Positions 19,175-29,328 are shown, counted from the stretch's first letter. The stretch: 41,176 bases of DNA from Promethearchaeota archaeon (GCA_048938895.1 JBHLLU010000035.1:1-41176), one strand, 5' to 3'. The notes: generated from the letters alone by a model not told the origin. Translations and numbers: made by a program.

Positions 19175-19609
19175 ATGTCAAAATCAAAAAATAAACCAAA
19201 AGTAGAAGGATTTGAACCAAATATTTTAGTATTCTGCTGTAATTGGTGCAGTTATGCCGGGGCTGATCTAGCAGGCGTTTCACGATTTCAGTATCCTCCT
19301 AACATAAGAATAATAAGAGTTATGTGTTCTGGTAGAGTCGATCCATCATTCGTTTTAAAAGCTTTGAAGAATGGTGCCGATGGTGTTCTGGTAAGTGGAT
19401 GTCACATTGGAGATTGTCATTATATTACGGGAAATGAATATACGCAAGAAAGATTCAAACGACTTCATACTATTTTAATTAAACAATTAGGAGTAGATCC
19501 TAAACGAGTGCGATTAGAATGGGTAAGTGCGTCTGAAGGGAAAAGATTTTCAGAAGTAATCACTGAATTTACTAATCAAATCAAAGAATTGGGACCCTTG
19601 AAATATTAA
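19175..19609 (+). CDS. mvhD: MvhD [2Fe-2S] subunit (Cys form)
   Basis: CCNWCSYAGADLAG and GCHIGDCHY. ATG 19175 preferred because it follows AGGTGA and gives MSKSK, as in the paralogue at 9626. Confidence 0.92.
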   Translation: MSKSKNKPKVEGFEPNILVFCCNWCSYAGADLAGVSRFQYPPNIRIIRVMCSGRVDPSFVLKALKNGADGVLVSGCHIGDCHYITGNEYTQERFKRLHTILIKQLGVDPKRVRLEWVSASEGKRFSEVITEFTNQIKELGPLKY

Positions 19610-19901
19610 AATGAATTTTCAAAAATACGTTTTTATTCATCTAATATATCATTACATATTCTAATGTTTCTTTTTCTCTAAAATCTTAATGATACATAAT
19701 TTACAGTCTTTTTTTCAATTTTAATATCAATTAATTATATCACCATAAGAACAATCCTCATTCTCCTCCTGTTCTCTTATGCTGAGTTACTAAATAAATT
19801 TGAGGATCAAATAATTGCAAAATTTGCCCTCATCTTTAAAAATAATTGTACATCCATAACATAAATTTAAATTAATAATTATAAGAAGAATAAAGTGGAA
19901 A

Positions 19902-20444
19902 TTGATGAAAATTAGTAAAATACTGATCCTTGTAGGCGCTATTCTAACTCTTTTCTCAACATATTTCCTTTCTTTTGCTCAAACCAATGGTGCTGATGGA
20001 CGTACATATGCCTCAGGTATTGGCTTTCTATTCAATCTCCCTAGTATTATAGGAGATCTAGCATACTGGGAGGGATTCAACGGTGGAGAAGCGGCGGTCA
20101 TTAATATTGTAGCAATTGTATTTATCGTTTTCTTACTTGCTGGAATAATACAATTAGTAGGATTAATAAACAAATATATTGAATTGATAGGATCAATTAT
20201 TGTGATAGGTATGAGTATCGCAATTATTTTAGCGGTTATGATTGATATTTCAGGATGGGGTATGAACAGATATTCAAGTTTACTTTGGGAACAACCACTT
20301 GCAGAGGGTGTTTGGCCTCTTGACGTAGCTATAGTGGACGCATCTGGGGTTTTTTATCAGCATCTTTCTTTAGGAACTATTACATTAGTAGTTGGTGGTG
20401 GATTAGGATTTGCTGGGGGAATATTAAGTTTTAAGGATTTATAA
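19902..20444 (+). CDS. Hypothetical membrane protein (about 4 TM helices)
   Basis: 180-aa ORF with four hydrophobic stretches. No family recognised. Start may be ATG 19905. Confidence 0.7.
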   Translation: MMKISKILILVGAILTLFSTYFLSFAQTNGADGRTYASGIGFLFNLPSIIGDLAYWEGFNGGEAAVINIVAIVFIVFLLAGIIQLVGLINKYIELIGSIIVIGMSIAIILAVMIDISGWGMNRYSSLLWEQPLAEGVWPLDVAIVDASGVFYQHLSLGTITLVVGGGLGFAGGILSFKDL

Positions 20445-20571
20445 TATCCCTATTTTTGAATACAAAAACTATCAATTTAAAATTAAAATACCATTTTTTT
20501 CAAATAATATTATATTTTTTGAACTCCCAGAAGATTGGATAAATTTTTGTTTTTGTAAAAGTCGAGCAGAT

Positions 20572-21153
20572 TTAAACGGATTTATTATAATTTCTTCCAA
20601 TCTTCCATGCTCTTCCTATACCTTTTCCCAAACTCCAATACATCCTATTTGATGTTGCAAAGATTAAAGGATTAATCTTTGCAATATCAGGTATTTCTTT
20701 AGTTAAACAATCTTCGCTTACATAAGTATCAATTATATGTCCAATATACAGATCCCTCCTATCACGAATCTCTACTATTTTTTCAACTCTACATGCATGG
20801 TTTATGGGAGTATCAGATATTAACGGTGCGTTTTTCAAAGTTCCATAGAAAACATCAAAAAGTTCTGATTTATCTACTTCTGCTCCTGATTTAATTCCAA
20901 TGTAATCTACAATCTCCATCATATCAACTGAAGGAATATTAATACTAAATTCCATATGTTCTAATATCCCTTTTGTAGTATGATGCGATGGACCACATTC
21001 TATAGAAATCATAGGAGGGTTGAGGTTTACTACTCCACAGAATGCGATGGTACAATAGTTAGGTTTACCCTCTACAATCGCACCAACAATAACTGCCGGT
21101 AAGGGATAAAGTAGAGTTCTTGCTTTTGGTAATTTTCTTTTTATCTGACTCAT
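20572..21153 (-). CDS. Flavin reductase family protein (flavoredoxin-like)
   Basis: LYPLPAVIVG..GKPN, FSINIP, G..SG..VDK, APLI and KINPL motifs. Confidence 0.85.
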   Translation of the reverse strand: MSQIKRKLPKARTLLYPLPAVIVGAIVEGKPNYCTIAFCGVVNLNPPMISIECGPSHHTTKGILEHMEFSINIPSVDMMEIVDYIGIKSGAEVDKSELFDVFYGTLKNAPLISDTPINHACRVEKIVEIRDRRDLYIGHIIDTYVSEDCLTKEIPDIAKINPLIFATSNRMYWSLGKGIGRAWKIGRNYNKSV

Positions 21154-21459
21154 GCTTTTATAATATTTTTTAAATCTATTTAATAATTTTCAAAATTCTT
21201 TTAATTTTATTTTTGAACTCATTCTTTTCTTGACCAACTTATAATATATTTAAGATCCTTACCAATCTGAATTCTTGGTTCAATATGTTGCCAATATCGC
21301 TTAAGATTTAGACATTTTGAGGTAAAATCGCTAAATCCTCACCACATACTTTGCATATAGGAGGTTTCATGGTCTTAATTCAAAATTATGATGGATCTAA
21401 TATTTTGATCTCAGATTAAAAGTTTTTAAAATTTTTAATCTTATAATACTAAGTCTTAT

Positions 21460-22458
21460 TTGAGGAGAATAAAAATTAAAGTAGCTATTTTAGAAGAAAT
21501 TGGCAAAATTGTATATAAAGAGGATTATCCTACACCAGTTCCTGGACCAGATGACGCTTTAGTTAGGGTTAGATATTGTGGAATATGTGGCAGTGATATT
21601 ACACATTTCAAATACAAAACTTATCAGATACCAATTATTATGGGACACGAATTAGTAGGGGAAGTGGTGGAGCTCGGAGAGAATATTTCTAAGGTAGAGG
21701 TGGGGGAAAAAGTAACTTGCCTTAACGTTGCTCTTGATTTTAGTGAAGGAAAATTAGGAGGATTGGGAATGTTTCAAGATGGAGGTTTTGCTGAATTTGT
21801 AAAAGTTCCAAAAATTTCATTATTTAGAGTTCCTGAAAATGTTCCAATAAGAGATGCTGTTATGATTGAGACTTTTGCTTTAGCAATGAGAGCATTCAAA
21901 TTGTCTGGAATTGAGCCTAATCAAAATATCGTTATTTTTGGAGGTGGGAATGTTGGATTAGCTTTTTTAAAAGCGCTCTTAATTGAAAAAGATCCAAATT
22001 ATGTTATTGTTGTTGAACCCCTTGAATACTTACGGAATAAAGCTTTAGAATTAGGAGCTACACATGCAGTTCCTCCAGGGCGACCTAAAATAAAGAAACA
22101 TATAAGAAACCTCGGTACGCCTTCTTATATTTTTGATTGTGTAGGAAATGAACAAACAATATCAGATGGAATTTTTCTCATTAAAAAGGGTGGTACAATA
22201 TTAATTGAAGGAATGTATAAAGGAAGTGTATCAGTTCGTATATTTATGGTAAATAATAAAGAGGTTACAATAAAAGGATGCTTGGGACATGATCGTGAAG
22301 ATATTTTGAACGCAATTGATCTATTTGTAAAAAATAAAATTGATGTTAGTGAATTTATTTCAGAGGAAGTACATCTTGAGGATTTACAGAAAACTTTCGA
22401 GCGATTTCTAGACCCTTCAAATAGAAATTTTGTTAAAATCATAGTCAATCCTTCATAG
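21460..22458 (+). CDS. Zn-binding medium-chain dehydrogenase (MDR, threonine/sorbitol dehydrogenase-like)
   Basis: CGICGSD, GHELVGEVVELG and the Rossmann motif GGGNVG. Start is uncertain (TTG). Confidence 0.85.
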   Translation: MRRIKIKVAILEEIGKIVYKEDYPTPVPGPDDALVRVRYCGICGSDITHFKYKTYQIPIIMGHELVGEVVELGENISKVEVGEKVTCLNVALDFSEGKLGGLGMFQDGGFAEFVKVPKISLFRVPENVPIRDAVMIETFALAMRAFKLSGIEPNQNIVIFGGGNVGLAFLKALLIEKDPNYVIVVEPLEYLRNKALELGATHAVPPGRPKIKKHIRNLGTPSYIFDCVGNEQTISDGIFLIKKGGTILIEGMYKGSVSVRIFMVNNKEVTIKGCLGHDREDILNAIDLFVKNKIDVSEFISEEVHLEDLQKTFERFLDPSNRNFVKIIVNPS

Positions 22459-22496
22459 TATCTAACAATAACTTGATTCAGTTAACTGATTAAAAA

Positions 22497-23798
22497 ATGG
22501 ATGAGAAGCCAAATATTATATTATTTATAACTCATGACCAAGGACAATTCCTTGGATGTTATAATACACCACAAACTCCTAACTCCCTTCACACTCCAAA
22601 TCTGGATAACTTAGCTGAAAATGGAGTAAAGTTTACAAATTATTTTTGTACTGCACCTCAATGCAGTCCAAGTAGAAGTAGCATTCTAACTTCTATGTAT
22701 CCACACCAAAATGGGTTAATGGGATTGGTTAATCTTGGATGGACTTTACCAAGAAATAATAAAACATTACCAATGTATTTAAAGGAAAACGGTTATTCCA
22801 CACATCTAATTGGATTACAGCATGAAAGTCAAGATCCTCACACTTTGGGATATGATACAATTAGTAAAAGAGGTAGGGAATTTAAATATTCATGTCGGAA
22901 TATGGAAAAACAATATCGACAATTCTTATCTGAACATAAAAATGATACAGTACCGTTCTATGCTTGTTTTGGTGTATGGGAAGCTCATCGACCTCTGAAA
23001 GGGTGGGCAGATCCAGTGAATTCAAATAAAGTGAAAATCCCACCATATTTGCCGAATCATGAGATTATAAGAGAAGATTTAGCAGAGTATTATAGTATGA
23101 TCCATGTAATAGATAAAACTATTGGAAATCTAATGGGCTTTTTAGAGGAAAATAGTTTAAAAGAAAATACATTATTCATTTACACTACAGATCATGGCGA
23201 ACCTTTCCCAAGGGCAAAATGTACACTTTATGATCCTGGGATTAAAACTAATCTCTTAATGTCACTACCAAATTCGGAGTTATTCAGTAATGGAAAAGTA
23301 TATAATCAAATGATAAGTAACGTTGATATGCTTCCAACTTTATTAGACATAGTGGGAGCAGATATTCCTAAAAATATCGAGGGTAGGAGCTTCTTAACCT
23401 GTTTACAAAACGACAATCCGATATTTAGGGAAGAGATTTTTACTGAAAAATCCTTTCATGAAATTTATGATCCAATAAGGAGTATAAGAACGAAAAAATA
23501 CAAATATATCCTAAATTTTGAGAAATTAGAAAAAGAATACCAAATTGACGAGTTTACAGCTCGAGATTCTATTGGGGCTTATATCAATCAGTTTATTAAT
23601 TCTCCAAGAAAAGAAGAAGAACTTTATGATCTTAATAAAGATCCCTCAGAGATGAATAACTTGGCTTATAATCCAAGTTATAAAGAAATTAAAAAGAATT
23701 TGAAAGAAGTTCTATTTGAATGGATGAAACGAACAAAAGATCCTCTCCTTAAAGGGAGAATTAAGGATCTTAGAGGTAATCCGGTTACACATTATTAA
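22497..23798 (+). CDS. Formylglycine-dependent sulfatase
   Basis: KPNIILFITHD, CSPSR (CxPxR), TDHG and ELYDLxxDPxEMNNLA. Confidence 0.9.
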   Translation: MDEKPNIILFITHDQGQFLGCYNTPQTPNSLHTPNLDNLAENGVKFTNYFCTAPQCSPSRSSILTSMYPHQNGLMGLVNLGWTLPRNNKTLPMYLKENGYSTHLIGLQHESQDPHTLGYDTISKRGREFKYSCRNMEKQYRQFLSEHKNDTVPFYACFGVWEAHRPLKGWADPVNSNKVKIPPYLPNHEIIREDLAEYYSMIHVIDKTIGNLMGFLEENSLKENTLFIYTTDHGEPFPRAKCTLYDPGIKTNLLMSLPNSELFSNGKVYNQMISNVDMLPTLLDIVGADIPKNIEGRSFLTCLQNDNPIFREEIFTEKSFHEIYDPIRSIRTKKYKYILNFEKLEKEYQIDEFTARDSIGAYINQFINSPRKEEELYDLNKDPSEMNNLAYNPSYKEIKKNLKEVLFEWMKRTKDPLLKGRIKDLRGNPVTHY

Positions 23799-23865
23799 TA
23801 ACCTAAATACTTATAATTCCATAAAGATTTTAAAAAAATAGCTAAGAAATTATAAATTTACCAAT

Positions 23866-24831
23866 ATGTCATTTGAGGAAATTGAAGAAGCATTTTCAAG
23901 CATCCAACACATAGTTAATAAAACCCCAGTTATGACTTCAAGGACATTAGATTCACGTTTGAAGGCAAATATATTCTTCAAATGTGAGAACTTCCAAAGA
24001 GTTGGTGCATTTAAATTCCGTGGGGCATATTATGCCATATCTTCGCTATCAAAAGAAAAAAAAAAGAAAGGAGTTATTACACATTCAAGTGGTAATCATG
24101 CTCAAGCCGTTTCACTAGCAGCATCACTATTAGGCATTCATGCTACTATTGTAATGCCTAAGGGAGCACCTAAAAATAAAATTAATGCTACAAAAGATTA
24201 TGGTTCTCAAATTATTTTTTGTGAGAACACACTGGAATCTAGAATTCAAACTACTGAAAAATTAATTCAAGAACATAACTATACTCTAATACATCCTTAT
24301 GACAATGATGATGTTATTTCTGGACAAGGAACGGCTGCATTAGAATTAATAAAGGAAGTTGGAAATCTTGATATGATTATTGCACCACTTGGAGGTGGGG
24401 GATTATTAAGTGGTACAGCTCTTTCAACAAAAAATTTATGCCCAAATGCCCTAGTTATTGGAGTAGAACCTTCAATAGCAGACGATGCTTATAGATCTAT
24501 CCAAGCGGGATATATAATCCCAAGCACTTATCCAGATACAATCGCAGATGGATTAAGAACCTCTATTTGTGAAAGAACATTCAAAATAATACAAAATCTT
24601 GTTGATCAAGTTGTAACCGTTTCTGAAAATGCAATTATAGATGCAATGAAATTTCTTTGGGAGAGGATGAAAATTATAGTTGAGCCTTCAGGAGCAGTTC
24701 CTTTGGCAGCATTACTTGAGAAAAAGATTGATGTAAAAAATATAAAAGTTGGAATTATAGTCAGTGGTGGTAACATTGATATTGAACCTTTTTTTACATT
24801 ATTAGAAACAAGAGTAGGTCAAAATGATTAA
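23866..24831 (+). CDS. PLP-dependent serine/threonine dehydratase (serine racemase-like, no regulatory domain)
   Basis: KCENFQRVGAFKFRGA, SSGNHAQ, LGGGGL, EPSGA and SGGN. Confidence 0.88.
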   Translation: MSFEEIEEAFSSIQHIVNKTPVMTSRTLDSRLKANIFFKCENFQRVGAFKFRGAYYAISSLSKEKKKKGVITHSSGNHAQAVSLAASLLGIHATIVMPKGAPKNKINATKDYGSQIIFCENTLESRIQTTEKLIQEHNYTLIHPYDNDDVISGQGTAALELIKEVGNLDMIIAPLGGGGLLSGTALSTKNLCPNALVIGVEPSIADDAYRSIQAGYIIPSTYPDTIADGLRTSICERTFKIIQNLVDQVVTVSENAIIDAMKFLWERMKIIVEPSGAVPLAALLEKKIDVKNIKVGIIVSGGNIDIEPFFTLLETRVGQND

Positions 24832-26098
24832 AATTTTGCATGAAATATTTAGTAAAATAGAGCTCGATTGGATTGACACTAATAGTGATCTTTCTGAGTC
24901 AAATGAATATTCCCAACTAATCTTAATTTTTCCTAATTTAACAAAAATTTTTGATAATGGTCGAATAGAAGATAAAGAAGAATTTCGAAGAACATTACAG
25001 CACATATTTAGGCTCTTTAAGGTTTTTTTTCTCATATTAGATGGTAAATTTGTACATGAGAGTCTATCAAACGGATCAATTGAGTTAATTAGAGAAAAAG
25101 TCATAAATCAATATTCCCTAAATGAGTTACTTCTTCCACTTGTTTTAATGTATCATGATATCGGTAGGTTTGAAAATAAAAAGGACCACCCTTATTACAG
25201 TTATTATTTAATCACAGAAGAAAAGCTACTTGAATTATTTGAACTTTCAGATATCGAAAAACTACTAATCAAGAAAACTATCCAATATCATCTATTATTT
25301 GCAACGATATACACTGGAGAATCTACCTTCTACGGATCATATTCCCTTTTAAATGATACTGAATTCAAGGAGCTCCTAAATAATAATCAGAACATTAAGA
25401 AATTTATAGATTTATTAGAAATTTTTACCTATATTGATATCCTAGGTTATTCATATGCGCGAATCTATGATCATTACATAAAATATTATAGTGAAATAAA
25501 CGATAAACTAAACAATATTTTATCTTTATGGCCAGATAAAGATAAAGCTTTAAATTTAGCTTTAGATTACTCTCAAGAATGGTTGGAATGGAGAATTGCT
25601 GGTGCACTTCGAATTTTTCAATATGTTGGAACCAAACCATATTTAACAAAAGATTTTTATTTTAAAAAAATCTATGAAAGTGCGGATAAGAATATAGAAC
25701 AACTTTTTAACCTAACTGGGTGGCAAGCTATCAATGAATACTATTTAATAAACTGCTCTAAAATTCAAATGAAATATGGACTTGCTATGGTGATGTTATT
25801 AGCATTTGGGACATTTTTCAGAGGGCCAATTAAAGAGGATGCAAAAATTTCTAACAATCTACTAATATTTTGGATTTTGCTCTCTGAAGAAATCAAAAAG
25901 AAATCTTCCGAAGATCAAGGATATTTGTGGAATATACATTTCTTAGGTCTCCCTAATTGGGGGAAATGGGATAGGAAATTCAAAAATGAACTGAATTATC
26001 ATACCCTTTCAAAAATAATAAAAAATTCAAAGCAAGAATTTGATATTCTAAAAAAAGAATTCAATGTTTACTTAGATTTTACATCAGTTTTTAACTAG
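24824..26098 (+). CDS. Hypothetical protein with an HD-domain-like motif
   Basis: 424-aa ORF with LMYHDIGR, a downstream HP, YHLL and YIDILG. Overlaps the upstream gene by 8 nt. Confidence 0.65.
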   Translation: MIKILHEIFSKIELDWIDTNSDLSESNEYSQLILIFPNLTKIFDNGRIEDKEEFRRTLQHIFRLFKVFFLILDGKFVHESLSNGSIELIREKVINQYSLNELLLPLVLMYHDIGRFENKKDHPYYSYYLITEEKLLELFELSDIEKLLIKKTIQYHLLFATIYTGESTFYGSYSLLNDTEFKELLNNNQNIKKFIDLLEIFTYIDILGYSYARIYDHYIKYYSEINDKLNNILSLWPDKDKALNLALDYSQEWLEWRIAGALRIFQYVGTKPYLTKDFYFKKIYESADKNIEQLFNLTGWQAINEYYLINCSKIQMKYGLAMVMLLAFGTFFRGPIKEDAKISNNLLIFWILLSEEIKKKSSEDQGYLWNIHFLGLPNWGKWDRKFKNELNYHTLSKIIKNSKQEFDILKKEFNVYLDFTSVFN

Positions 26099-26104
26099 TT
26101 AATC

Positions 26105-26112
26105 TTTTTTTT
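26105..26112 (+). terminator. Oligo-T terminator candidate
   Basis: T8 run 7 nt after the stop at 26098. Confidence 0.35.
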
Positions 26113-26413
26113 GCCAATTTATGTTTGATATATATTTCAATATCACATTTGTTTTATAAGGAACACACGTGAGTATAATTAAGTTATCAACTATATTCAA
26201 TGGTTCAAAAAAACGTGAATTTCATTAGAAATTTGATAAAGTCGCTTTTGTCAAATGAAATTACCGACAAATCTGTTGTTTTAACTACTAACACGTACTA
26301 AGATAATAAGGCTTAAATTAAAAATCAAAGGTGAATAACTCTAGTATATCTACTTCCTTGGTTGGGGATAACTTTTCAACATTTAATTTAATATTATAAT
26401 AGGTGTATTTTAT

Positions 26414-27016
26414 ATGGGGAAATTATCTCAATTTTTAAATAGAGTTAAGAAATCAAGAAAATTAGTTCGTATGACTGTTGTAGGGGATGGTGCAGTCGGA
26501 AAGACGACATTAGTACAAGCCCTTATTCAAAAAACCACACAAACTATCAATGGTTCAAACGGCAGTAAAGTTATAGATAATAGAGAAATTAGTCGAACTC
26601 CATTCATGGAAATTGAATCTTGGACATATAAAGATTTACAATTTCAGTGTTATGATTTAGCAGGGCAAAGAACTCCAGGTGGACATCCACTAGATATAAT
26701 TAAAGATCAGGTAATCAAATCTATAGACATCTATATGTTTGTATTTTCGATTGATAGATATGAGTCATTTGAAAATCTTAATAATTGGATGGAACTAATG
26801 GACCTTGATCATAAATCTAAAAATGGGAAAGCAGGATTAATTCTTGTTGGGAATAAAATCGATTTAGAAAGAAATATCTCAAGTGAATTAGTTGAATCTG
26901 TAGTTGGAAAAAGGAAATATTTTCAAAAATATGTAGAAACATGTTCTCTAGATGGAAGAGGTATTGATACATTATTAGATGAGATTACAGATTTGGGCAA
27001 AAAACTCCTTAATTAA
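26414..27016 (+). CDS. Ras-superfamily (Rab-like) small GTPase
   Basis: G1 GDGAVGKT, G2 T (RTPF), G3 DLAGQ, G4 NKID and a G5-like ETCSL. SD AGGTG. Confidence 0.9.
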   Translation: MGKLSQFLNRVKKSRKLVRMTVVGDGAVGKTTLVQALIQKTTQTINGSNGSKVIDNREISRTPFMEIESWTYKDLQFQCYDLAGQRTPGGHPLDIIKDQVIKSIDIYMFVFSIDRYESFENLNNWMELMDLDHKSKNGKAGLILVGNKIDLERNISSELVESVVGKRKYFQKYVETCSLDGRGIDTLLDEITDLGKKLLN

Positions 27017-27088
27017 AAATTTTAAGGATGGTATATAACAAAATCGAACCTCTCATCTTCTAAATATTAATTAAGATGAGGTGTTTAA

Positions 27089-29308
27089 ATGACTGAGATT
27101 AAATGTAAGATATGTAATCAAAAGATCAACTTTAACCTTGATAAACCCAATACCTATATCAATAAATCTGAATCAGGCAATCCAATGATTGGTAGACTCT
27201 TTACGATTCGAGTAGGACATCCTACGGACTCAGATTCACTGCATATAAATGTGGTTGTTATTGATGAAAATGGAGCATATCGTGCTCATAAAGATTATTA
27301 TGAAGAGAAAAAGGGGAAGAAAGGTGCGCCTGACCTATGGAACGCCTTTCAACGTTTAATTCCCTTAGAATTACGAGTCTACTTATCCTTAGCAAATGAA
27401 GAAGAAATCAAAATTCTTACCTCTGATTCGGGAATAAAATCAAAAAGCATAATAGAATGGTATGAATTCTTCTCAAAATTACGAGTTACTAATCCTGATA
27501 ATCAATTACTTACATTTCTAGCAGTTAAGTGGGGGTTTATAATTGGAAAGGGGAAAGATCTTCTAAAATATAATTATGAACCCCATTCATGGAGTTATCC
27601 AATATATTTAAGATTACAAGCAAGATTTGAAACTTCATCAGAATTACTTATAATAGCTAAACGGATAGATTTTCAATCCGCACCTGAAATAATTCAATTG
27701 GAGGCTGCTATTGCCAAAGCAGAAGTGTATCTTCGTTTAAGTGCATATGAACTTCTAGAGGAACTATATGATAATTGTCAAAAAAAATGGGGTGACCAAA
27801 CGTCTATAGAAATGAGAACTGGATTAATGCTATTACAGGGGTATTATGGATTCAGATTATACTTTTTAGGTAAAATAAACGATGCCTTAGATCTAATAGA
27901 GCCTGTTTTTAATTTTGGACAATTACTTGAAAACAGAGAGATAATAAGTGTAGTAGGGAATTTTTATGCAGCCGTTAACCAATCTAGTGGAGATTTAGAT
28001 AAAGCACTTAAAATCTTCGAGATTGTACTAGATGTTAGTGAAGAATTGGGGGATGAAAGAACTAATGCGGTGATCTCATCAAATATGTCGGTATTAGAAT
28101 CTAAAAAGGGATTGTATGATCAAGCTTTAAAGCGTCAGCAAGCCATTTTAGAACTACCGATTGTACAAGAAGAGTTTTTTATAAGAAGCTCCCTTTTAAG
28201 TCAAATCGCTGAAACCCTTTTTATTTCAGAACGTTATAATGAATCAAAAGAATTATGCCAAAAACTTCTGCTTGAAGAGAATATTCCTACATATTATAAA
28301 CTTGATCTCCTTTCTACTCTTAAAAGAATAGCTGGAAAAACTGATTCTCTGAAATTATTAGAATATGTAAAAAATAATTTACCAAATGATCCAGAATTTA
28401 TAGAATCCCCGGTAGGAAATATTTTTATGCATGATCTACAAGCTATTGAAGGTGAATTACGAGGAGATTGGCCAGAATTGATTAATCATTTGATTGAAGA
28501 AAGAGAAATTATGTTTAATAATCAATCGATTGAAGATGCTAGTGATATTGAAATTAGACTTGGTGAAGGATATTTTAGGTACTTCCAAGAGAGTGGAAAT
28601 TTAGAACATTTAAACCATGCATATAATCATTTAGATCTGGCAAAAACCATTGCGATAGAAAATCAAAGCTATCTAGATCTCTGTAGATTAGTTATTCTTA
28701 AAGGCTTATTAGCAGCTGAAAGTAAATTATCAGAACAAGCAAAGCTCTTTTTTGAAGAAGCTTTAAAAATTGCCCAAGATTTTGACTTATCTGGTCTTGA
28801 AAACGAGATTAACTTAAATTTAGATCAATTAAATACAGGGATGATAGAAAAATCGGCAGATTCGGTGTTAAGAAGAATGTTTCAAAGATTAACATTTAGA
28901 AAATCAGAAGAAACTAAATCGAAAAAGAAAAGTGTGGTATATACAATTTTAGTTGGAACGCAAGATTCTGCATGGGAACTAATGTTAAAAAATGAAAAGA
29001 GAGCCTCACCTCAAGATGCGATCTATCTTAGAGGATTTCATGATCTCTGGCGAAATATAAAAAAAAAATTACTGCAACGACAAGTAAATTATTTTACTGT
29101 AAGTAAGGGTGCGGTTCTAATAGAAAATTCTTCTCATTTTCAACTAATTGCTTTATGTGATCATTTAGACTATCTAACTAGATTAACTCTCCAGAATCTT
29201 TTACCTGATCTCGAGAATTTTGCATTTAGGCATATCCCTGAAGAATTAGAAGAAGAAACATTAAAAATTCTCGGAAAAAATGTAGGGAAATTTGTTAAAG
29301 TTGAATAA
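27089..29308 (+). CDS. TPR-repeat protein with N-terminal CxxC/His Zn-binding domain and putative C-terminal longin-like domain
   Basis: CKIC...VGH...HINVVVIDENG at the N-terminus, TPR-like helical repeats in the middle, and a beta-beta-alpha-beta-beta-beta-alpha pattern in the last ~120 aa. SD GAGGTG. Confidence 0.7.
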   Translation: MTEIKCKICNQKINFNLDKPNTYINKSESGNPMIGRLFTIRVGHPTDSDSLHINVVVIDENGAYRAHKDYYEEKKGKKGAPDLWNAFQRLIPLELRVYLSLANEEEIKILTSDSGIKSKSIIEWYEFFSKLRVTNPDNQLLTFLAVKWGFIIGKGKDLLKYNYEPHSWSYPIYLRLQARFETSSELLIIAKRIDFQSAPEIIQLEAAIAKAEVYLRLSAYELLEELYDNCQKKWGDQTSIEMRTGLMLLQGYYGFRLYFLGKINDALDLIEPVFNFGQLLENREIISVVGNFYAAVNQSSGDLDKALKIFEIVLDVSEELGDERTNAVISSNMSVLESKKGLYDQALKRQQAILELPIVQEEFFIRSSLLSQIAETLFISERYNESKELCQKLLLEENIPTYYKLDLLSTLKRIAGKTDSLKLLEYVKNNLPNDPEFIESPVGNIFMHDLQAIEGELRGDWPELINHLIEEREIMFNNQSIEDASDIEIRLGEGYFRYFQESGNLEHLNHAYNHLDLAKTIAIENQSYLDLCRLVILKGLLAAESKLSEQAKLFFEEALKIAQDFDLSGLENEINLNLDQLNTGMIEKSADSVLRRMFQRLTFRKSEETKSKKKSVVYTILVGTQDSAWELMLKNEKRASPQDAIYLRGFHDLWRNIKKKLLQRQVNYFTVSKGAVLIENSSHFQLIALCDHLDYLTRLTLQNLLPDLENFAFRHIPEELEEETLKILGKNVGKFVKVE

Positions 29309-29319
29309 TCTTATCAATC

Positions 29320-29328
29320 TTTTTTTTT
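29320..29328 (+). terminator. Oligo-T terminator candidate closing the GTPase-TPR pair
   Basis: T9 run 12 nt after the stop at 29308. Confidence 0.4.

Noticed and set aside
1224-19609. Methanogenesis inferred from hdr/mvh/frhB genes
   Set aside because: No mcr or mtr genes are in the window, and Hdr-like systems are widespread in non-methanogens.
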